From positions 1 through 45,932 of IMG/VR virus record IMGVR_UViG_3300021476_000008: a stretch of 45,932 nucleotides of DNA; one strand, written 5' to 3'. Source of the DNA: a virus (taxonomy: Duplodnaviria > Caudoviricetes). A program made the translations under genes and the position numbers. This document shows, piece by piece, positions 45,930-45,932 of the stretch (the first letter of the stretch is position 1; every line of letters starts with the position of its first letter). The notes beneath the pieces were generated by a model. That model was not told the DNA's origin and did no database searches. It worked only from the letters and a program-made list of their open reading frames with translations.

Positions 45930-45932
45930 GAA

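Overview
The window is a near-complete, GC-rich tailed-phage genome with podovirus-like gene organisation. Protein motifs suggest a Verrucomicrobiota host (inference). It is probably incomplete: no portal, endolysin or integrase is recognisable, the right end stops inside a new gene, and the left end has a 127-bp duplication. The + strand (0.26-24.8 kb) carries a zincin-like protein, an ATP-grasp ligase, small basic peptides, scaffold, major capsid protein, fibre and membrane genes, tail/adaptor proteins and three ejection proteins, one of 2181 aa. The large terminase is inverted in the middle of this block. The - strand (24.8-44.4 kb) carries RusA, a primase, an SF2 helicase, a Sak4-like ATPase, an HNH-AP2 nuclease, many small early genes, a GroES-like gene and an RHH regulator. 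The main finding is an apparently complete phage-encoded ubiquitin-like conjugation cassette (Ubl, E2, E1/ThiF, JAB protease, then a ParB/DGQHR-like protein; 33.3-38.2 kb), whose Ubl ends in ...NTKA-EPALVV with no C-terminal Gly. Other highlights are a second possible ligase/peptidase pair next to basic peptides ending in [FY]H, a 49-aa gene nested out of frame in the giant ejection gene, a highly structured capsid leader, and a 10-nt leader motif repeated before 12 early genes. All family assignments come from recognising motifs by eye; no searches were run.
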